Part shown: positions 29,101 to 32,000 of the stretch, one piece after another
Position numbering within the stretch: the stretch's first letter is position 1
Layout of the letters: each line of letters begins with the position of its first letter
NCBI GenBank assembly: GCA_023818895.1
Contig: JAMWCX010000002.1
Location: 360,001-392,000, forward strand
Origin: Candidatus Omnitrophota bacterium
Lineage (GTDB): Bacteria; Omnitrophota; Gorgyraeia; 2-01-FULL-45-10
Length of the DNA: 32,000 bases
Direction: 5' to 3'
Position numbers and translations under genes: made by a program
Notes under the pieces: generated by a model
What the model was told of the DNA's origin: nothing
Databases searched by the model: none
The model's input: the letters and a program-made list of their open reading frames with translations, nothing else

Positions 29101-32000
29101 AAAGTAGCGCCTGTGCCGCCTGTACCGGATGTAGCCCCTACGGAAGAATAAGAATTTGTTATTAGGCCCTTGCCGTCCACTCCGTCATTAGCTCCTACCA
29201 ATCCGCCTACAAAGGCATTGCCGCCCGGATCACCGCTATAATAACTATCGCCGTCACCGCCCGTGCCGCTGACCTGACCTCCGACAGCGTAAGAATTGGA
29301 GATCGTGCCCTTATTGTAACCTGCGATAGCCCCTACGAATACTGTTCCACCGCTTAAACCCGGACCGGAGATTCCATTTCCAGTTATATCGGGATCGACA
29401 AGGCCGATACCATCAACTCTACCGTCAGGGCCTATAACGCCGAATAAACCGAAATATCCTGGATTTGAGTCCGCAACATGATTAATGTAGAGGTTGCTTA
29501 TTTCGTAACCGTCGGGGTTTGTGAGCGAGCCGGTGAAAGCGTTAGCAGAGTCATAACCTATCGGCGAAAAACCTCCGCTCCATCTGGAAGTGGCGGATGC
29601 GTCAATATCGCCGCCAAGCTGATAAGCCCCATCTAAGTCATACATCATAAATTGAAGTTCGTTGATGTCGCTTATCACATAAGGCACATCATTAGTCCCG
29701 CCGATAAAGTCACCGTTATTCATTCCCTGCCAGATGAGCTCATGATAAGAGCCGATCACTTCCTTCCACAATCCGTTAAAGTCCCAACCAGCGTCCACAA
29801 AATCATCTTTTAGCTGCATGTCCGCTGTTGCCAGGCCCGTCATACCACCGAGTGTTCCATTGTTACCAGTCCCTTCGGCAAGACCCGAACTTTCTGTATC
29901 CCAAAAAGTTGCGGTATAGAAGTTCGTGTTATCATCGAATCCTATGAGTCCGCCGCTAGCATCATCGGCAGCTACGGTACCGGATGCGTAGGCATTGGTT
30001 ATATTAGAGGAGGTTTGATTAATACCTATAATCCCGCCGCCATAACCGACTCCATCAGCGCCATCATCAATAAGGCCGCTTCCGCCAACGCCTCTGTTAC
30101 CAGTAACCGTTTGTGTCTGCGAAAATGATTCCGATAGTCTTCCTTTCTCACTTAATCCGATAAGACCACCTGCGTAGCCGTTACCGCCATTGCCGCCCGT
30201 CCCGCCGACAGGAGGGCCAGGATAAAAGTAATAATAAAAAGCATCGCCGCCGTTACCACCGTAAGCAACTACGTTACCAACAGAAGAAAATGAATTTTCG
30301 ATGGCATTTCCTGATTCGTCTCCGACATTCTCGCCAACTACACCTCCTGCATATGCGTTTCCACCTCTACCGCCCTGAACATATCCATAATGGCCATCAC
30401 CGCCGTAAGCTTCGATAGTCCCGCCGCCAGCTGCATAAGAATTGTATATGCTGCCCTCATTCTTCCCGGCTATCCCTCCGGCGTAAGCGTATCCTCCGCT
30501 ATAGCCCGTCTTGGTCGCATAACTATATCCACCGCTACCGCCTTGTGCGCTTACAAAGGTGTCACCTGCCGACGAGTATGAATTAACTATCGTCCCGTCA
30601 TTTTTTCCGGCTATCCCTCCGGCGTAAGCAAAGCCGCCTGCAGCAGGATAACCGCCGGACGTATAAACACAACCGTTTCCGCCTACCCCGACAGTCTCAC
30701 CATCCGCGGCAAAGCAGTTTTCGATCGTTCCAGCATTATATCCAGCCAATGAGCCTACAAATACACTGAAGCCACTTTGATTAGGACCACCGTCAGCGCC
30801 AGTCCCGGATATATCCGGACGATTCATGCCGAGATTTCTCACCACGCCGCCATTACCGATATATCCGAAGAGCCCGAAATAGCCGGTCGTGCCAACATCC
30901 GAATCCCTGTCCATAAACAGGTCGCTCACCGCATGGCCTTGGCCGTTAAGTGATCCTGTAAATTGGCTACCATTATCGCCTATCGGCACAAAGCCTGCGC
31001 CGGCATTCCAATTGGCTGTGCCTGAGGCATCGATATCGCCGTCGAGTATAAAGGTTGAAGTAAGATAATCCTTCATCGCCTGGAGACCGTAGACATCATA
31101 TACGACGTATGGATCATCGGTCGCGCCTTCACCGGTGAAGCGGTCGAGCTTTGCGTTCACCGTGATCCTGAAATCGGTGATATCCCATGTTGTCGTAGTA
31201 GGATCTGAGACATATTGCGGCGATGAAGGGCCGGTCGGCGTATTATCAAGGGTAAGAATGCCGATATTCGCGAAGTTCTCAAGAGTCGGAGATTCGCCGC
31301 CATCCAGCCTCTCTCCAGCGGCGGCAGTATTGCCAGACTTTATTGTAAGGTTATATCTGGTGAGCGCGCCTCCGTCTATTTTGGTTCCTGCCTGCATATA
31401 GAAGACGCCTGTCGAGGTCTCGTTATCGCCGGCTGTAAACGTAAGGTCATCGGCAATGAGCGTGATATCACCGTCGACAACAAGATTATATGTATCGGTC
31501 TGGTCTGAACCGATATTGCCTTGGATATACGCAGCGCCATCCTTATTATCGTAATAAGCCTTTCCTCCCATTATAGTGCCGGACGATCTGAAACTATATC
31601 CTATCTCCTTAAATAGCTCTGTATCGATCGTCCCCGTATTGACATTGACTCCGTCGGAGGTGAAGAATATCCTGCCGTCTACGTTCTCCATCCTCGTAGC
31701 CCTGGCAACGCCGTCCTGGTTGATGGCAAGCGAGAATATATCGGAAAGCGATGAGGCATGGAGCATGACCACTCCGCCGTTGGATTCGATGAGGCCGGTA
31801 TTCTTGATGGCGTCTGCCAGAGGATTACCATTATAATCGTAGACCTTCTGCGCCGCCTTCTCCTCGATGGCTACCGAGATGAGCCTGTTACCGGAAATAT
31901 TGAGCCTGATGGCATCGCCTGAAGCAAGAACTATCTTGCCGCACCTGACCGCTATCGCCCCATTATTTTCCACGGCACCGCTTATGAGGGCCGCAAAGCC
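26148..32000 (-). CDS. Giant secreted repeat protein: TPS/filamentous-haemagglutinin-like N-terminal beta-helix plus two GLUG-motif repeat modules (5'-partial, continues beyond the window)
   Basis: The frame stays open from 31973 to the window edge (GFAALISGA precedes the track's GTG). The N-terminal segment NTGLIESNGGVVMLHASSLSDIFSLAINQDGVARATRMENVDGRIFFTS resembles the end of a TPS/haemagglutination-activity domain. The lead-in Y.L..DIDAS.T..W....GF.PIG...FTGSL.G.GH.IS.L...GLFG occurs twice. By eye there are roughly 25 to 30 G(D/N)AYAGGLVG.N.G.I.NSYS units. The C-terminus is a Pro/Thr/Glu-rich linker with an acidic tail. The stop is TAA at 26148..26150. Confidence 0.85.
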   Translation of the reverse strand, partial: GFAALISGAVENNGAIAVRCGKIVLASGDAIRLNISGNRLISVAIEEKAAQKVYDYNGNPLADAIKNTGLIESNGGVVMLHASSLSDIFSLAINQDGVARATRMENVDGRIFFTSDGVNVNTGTIDTELFKEIGYSFRSSGTIMGGKAYYDNKDGAAYIQGNIGSDQTDTYNLVVDGDITLIADDLTFTAGDNETSTGVFYMQAGTKIDGGALTRYNLTIKSGNTAAAGERLDGGESPTLENFANIGILTLDNTPTGPSSPQYVSDPTTTTWDITDFRITVNAKLDRFTGEGATDDPYVVYDVYGLQAMKDYLTSTFILDGDIDASGTANWNAGAGFVPIGDNGSQFTGSLNGQGHAVSDLFMDRDSDVGTTGYFGLFGYIGNGGVVRNLGMNRPDISGTGADGGPNQSGFSVFVGSLAGYNAGTIENCFAADGETVGVGGNGCVYTSGGYPAAGGFAYAGGIAGKNDGTIVNSYSSAGDTFVSAQGGSGGYSYATKTGYSGGYAYAGGIAGKNEGSIYNSYAAGGGTIEAYGGDGHYGYVQGGRGGNAYAGGVVGENVGDESGNAIENSFSSVGNVVAYGGNGGDAFYYYFYPGPPVGGTGGNGGNGYAGGLIGLSEKGRLSESFSQTQTVTGNRGVGGSGLIDDGADGVGYGGGIIGINQTSSNITNAYASGTVAADDASGGLIGFDDNTNFYTATFWDTESSGLAEGTGNNGTLGGMTGLATADMQLKDDFVDAGWDFNGLWKEVIGSYHELIWQGMNNGDFIGGTNDVPYVISDINELQFMMYDLDGAYQLGGDIDASATSRWSGGFSPIGYDSANAFTGSLTNPDGYEISNLYINHVADSNPGYFGLFGVIGPDGRVDGIGLVDPDITGNGISGPGLSGGTVFVGAIAGYNKGTISNSYAVGGQVSGTGGDGDSYYSGDPGGNAFVGGLVGANDGVDGKGLITNSYSSVGATSGTGGTGATLAHFPYYIWYGGAGGDACVGGVAGENINGAIISGSYVAPEDGGTISVEGTGGAGGDGALGDGRGGVAKVGGLVGYNDRSEIKDTETSDSYAKVEEVTATGGSSNGRSGDASAGGLVGVNWEGTISNSYSLSVNVTANGGSGGGQGGDAYAGGLVGYNYTAYISNSYSEVGEVHANGGDAAYYSYDSGGDAYAGGLIGSNYNDERANVDNCYSVIGTIISAQGGNGDYYTGGGSGGDAYAGALIGNNEYSDIIDSNARNAEGSSATVEAIGGNGGYSGGDAYAGGLVGRHESGTISNSYSVIGSTEATGGGPATGGYYYQCYIGGNAYAGGLVGYNDSGNIKDNSYAQGGDVTAKSGDATIGYGYYDGNGGNASAGGLVGYSENGAIENSYSDGGNTTATGGRGYYAGGKAYAGGLVGANYYCSISYSHAAGASATVEARGGDGQPGGDAFGGGLVGKNSDGNISNSYSTIDTTKATGGDGTDWTNAGNGGYAYAGGLVGYNEWSDISNSYATGGATATGGAGGYGLDGGDGYGYGGFGGNAYAGGLVGYKASGVIYNGSYAKGNAEAIGGQGGDGYTDGGDGGDAYAGGLVGRNNEDIGDPNDVVYATGSVTAIGGNGGEGNDGYGGDGGDAYAGGLAGFNNSTIRNSYSTDGTTTAEGGNGGYGYGYYGGYNYFGGDGGGAYAGGFVGFNNSVIESSYSSSGTTTATGGDGGDAGYYWGGNGGNAYAGGFAGYNNNDIHNTYSTTGAVTASGGLGGWDYYNIYQTPGGYAFAGGFVGANHGTTTIYNSYSQNNATATPGNDVDSYAGGFVGDNPGSINNCFATGTVTGTSSADTVGPFVGSGSVPTDSYYTGSAANLGTGGVNDQPGAEYKTTEDVLKGSTHTAPVYGTWDFETPFWDAFDTALPHLSWEGYVPPAPPEPTPTPEPAPENALEEALSSDAGQRDTTPTIFIQDSLTEFKPVELPPGALILSGEFVNTEEEEGG
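26650..30650 (-). repeat. Intragenic degenerate tandem repeats encoding GLUG motifs (coordinates approximate)
   Basis: The plus-strand string cc(g/t)ccggcgta(g/a/t)gc, which is the reverse complement of the codons for AYAGG, recurs about every 100 to 140 nt across this span. Confidence 0.8.

Overview
Bacterial chromosomal window, apparently from a diderm (an LptF/G permease is present). I cannot assign a taxon from the sequence alone. GC looks moderate by eye and coding is almost entirely on the minus strand.

Gene order, left to right:
- Long minus-strand operon 1: a PEGA-domain protein, an MFS transporter broken by one frame change at an A7 run, rlmN, an NSS (sodium:solute) transporter with an unlisted 34-aa MetS-like partner ORF, a PaaK-like adenylating enzyme, a class-III aminotransferase, an MtnX-like HAD phosphatase and malQ.
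- A divergent comF and lptF/G pair.
- Long minus-strand operon 2: ptsN, a membrane-anchored yvcK, ptsH, ptsI, PGI/PMI, a nucleotidyltransferase, metK, ahcY and a class-II aldolase.
- Two tRNA clusters (Gly-GCC with Lys-CUU, and Leu-UAG with Arg-UCG) flanking an AT-rich vanZ islet.
- azoR, cspA with an attenuator-like leader, and two small secreted proteins.
- More than 1,950 codons of a giant TPS/FHA-like GLUG-repeat exoprotein that runs off the right edge.

The most unusual content is non-coding. Directly downstream of tRNA-Lys (one copy) and tRNA-Leu (a perfect 2 x 140-bp tandem) lie elements of about 120 nt. They share a conserved core and show compensatory base changes in four helices of a three-way-junction fold. 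They display a conserved GGAGGAAAAG loop. Each ends with an exact copy of the last 21 nt (T-loop C56 through the encoded CCA) of the particular tRNA it follows. No recombinase, reverse transcriptase or other mobility gene is nearby. I could not match the elements to any RNA or mobile-element class I know. No database search or folding program was available, so all homology calls rest on motifs read by eye.
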